DNA of 63,676 nucleotides, the filler included, from Octopus bimaculoides (lineage: Eukaryota), in NCBI RefSeq assembly GCF_001194135.2. It is 9 parts of 9 records of this genome, joined end to end, with 100 filler letters (N's around TTAATTAATTAA, not from the genome) between each part and the next. Parts side by side here need not be neighbours in the genome. Positions count along the whole stretch, not along the records: positions 62,609 to 63,676 come from NW_026414815.1; 8 more parts are not named here. One strand, given 5' to 3'. Below, in pieces: positions 63,448 through 63,676 of this stretch. Below the pieces are notes generated by a model. It searched no databases and was not told the origin of the DNA. It worked only from the letters and a program-made list of their open reading frames with translations. Numbering within the stretch: position 1 is the first letter of the stretch; every line of letters starts with the position of its first letter. Made by a program: the position numbers and the translations under genes.

Positions 63448-63676
63448 TGTTTTTCATTTGCTATAGTATATATCTGTACTTTTTAATAGTATATATATAT
63501 ATATATATGTATGTATGTGAGGCCTTCTTGAGACAAATACTTTTATTGTGGCTTTGTTACAGTCTGTGTAAGTGTGTGGGTGTGTGTGTGTGTGTGTGTG
63601 TGTGTACACACACACACACACATATCAACACTGAAGTCTGGAAAAGTTTGGTGTATTCTTAATATGATTAAAAATA

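Overview
Eukaryotic, AT-rich draft-genome scaffold with many N gaps, dominated by microsatellites and decayed transposable elements. The SINE families and repeat landscape look like a coleoid cephalopod, probably Octopus (my recognition from memory, not a database result). Only one host coding segment is confidently recognisable: the first coding exon of sulfiredoxin (SRXN1, + strand, 8650/8764-8919). It carries a possible mitochondrial presequence, and I could not find its catalytic FGGCHR exon in the sequenced bases. The rest is fragments of a Gypsy integrase (split by a MITE with 28-bp TIRs and an 8-bp TSD), two mariners, a Helitron helicase, RTE, CR1 and R4/Dong-like (RLE) LINEs, and several tRNA-derived SINE families. 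The strongest lead is a 2-kb block (18.7-20.7 kb) of fold-back DNA with minimal type I hammerhead-ribozyme motifs. These include an inverted pair in opposite polarities whose differences all preserve base pairing; two further degenerate hammerheads lie at 11.7 and 45.0 kb. Other leads are a 67-nt pre-miRNA-like hairpin, two 20-bp-arm palindromes, a 34-bp minisatellite with a 4-unit higher-order repeat, and orphan micro-exon candidates. Most ORFs in the supplied track are microsatellite or N-gap artefacts. No prokaryotic systems, CRISPR arrays, rRNA or bona fide tRNA genes were seen. TE remnant boundaries are approximate (about +/-20 bp); all folds were paired by eye, not computed.
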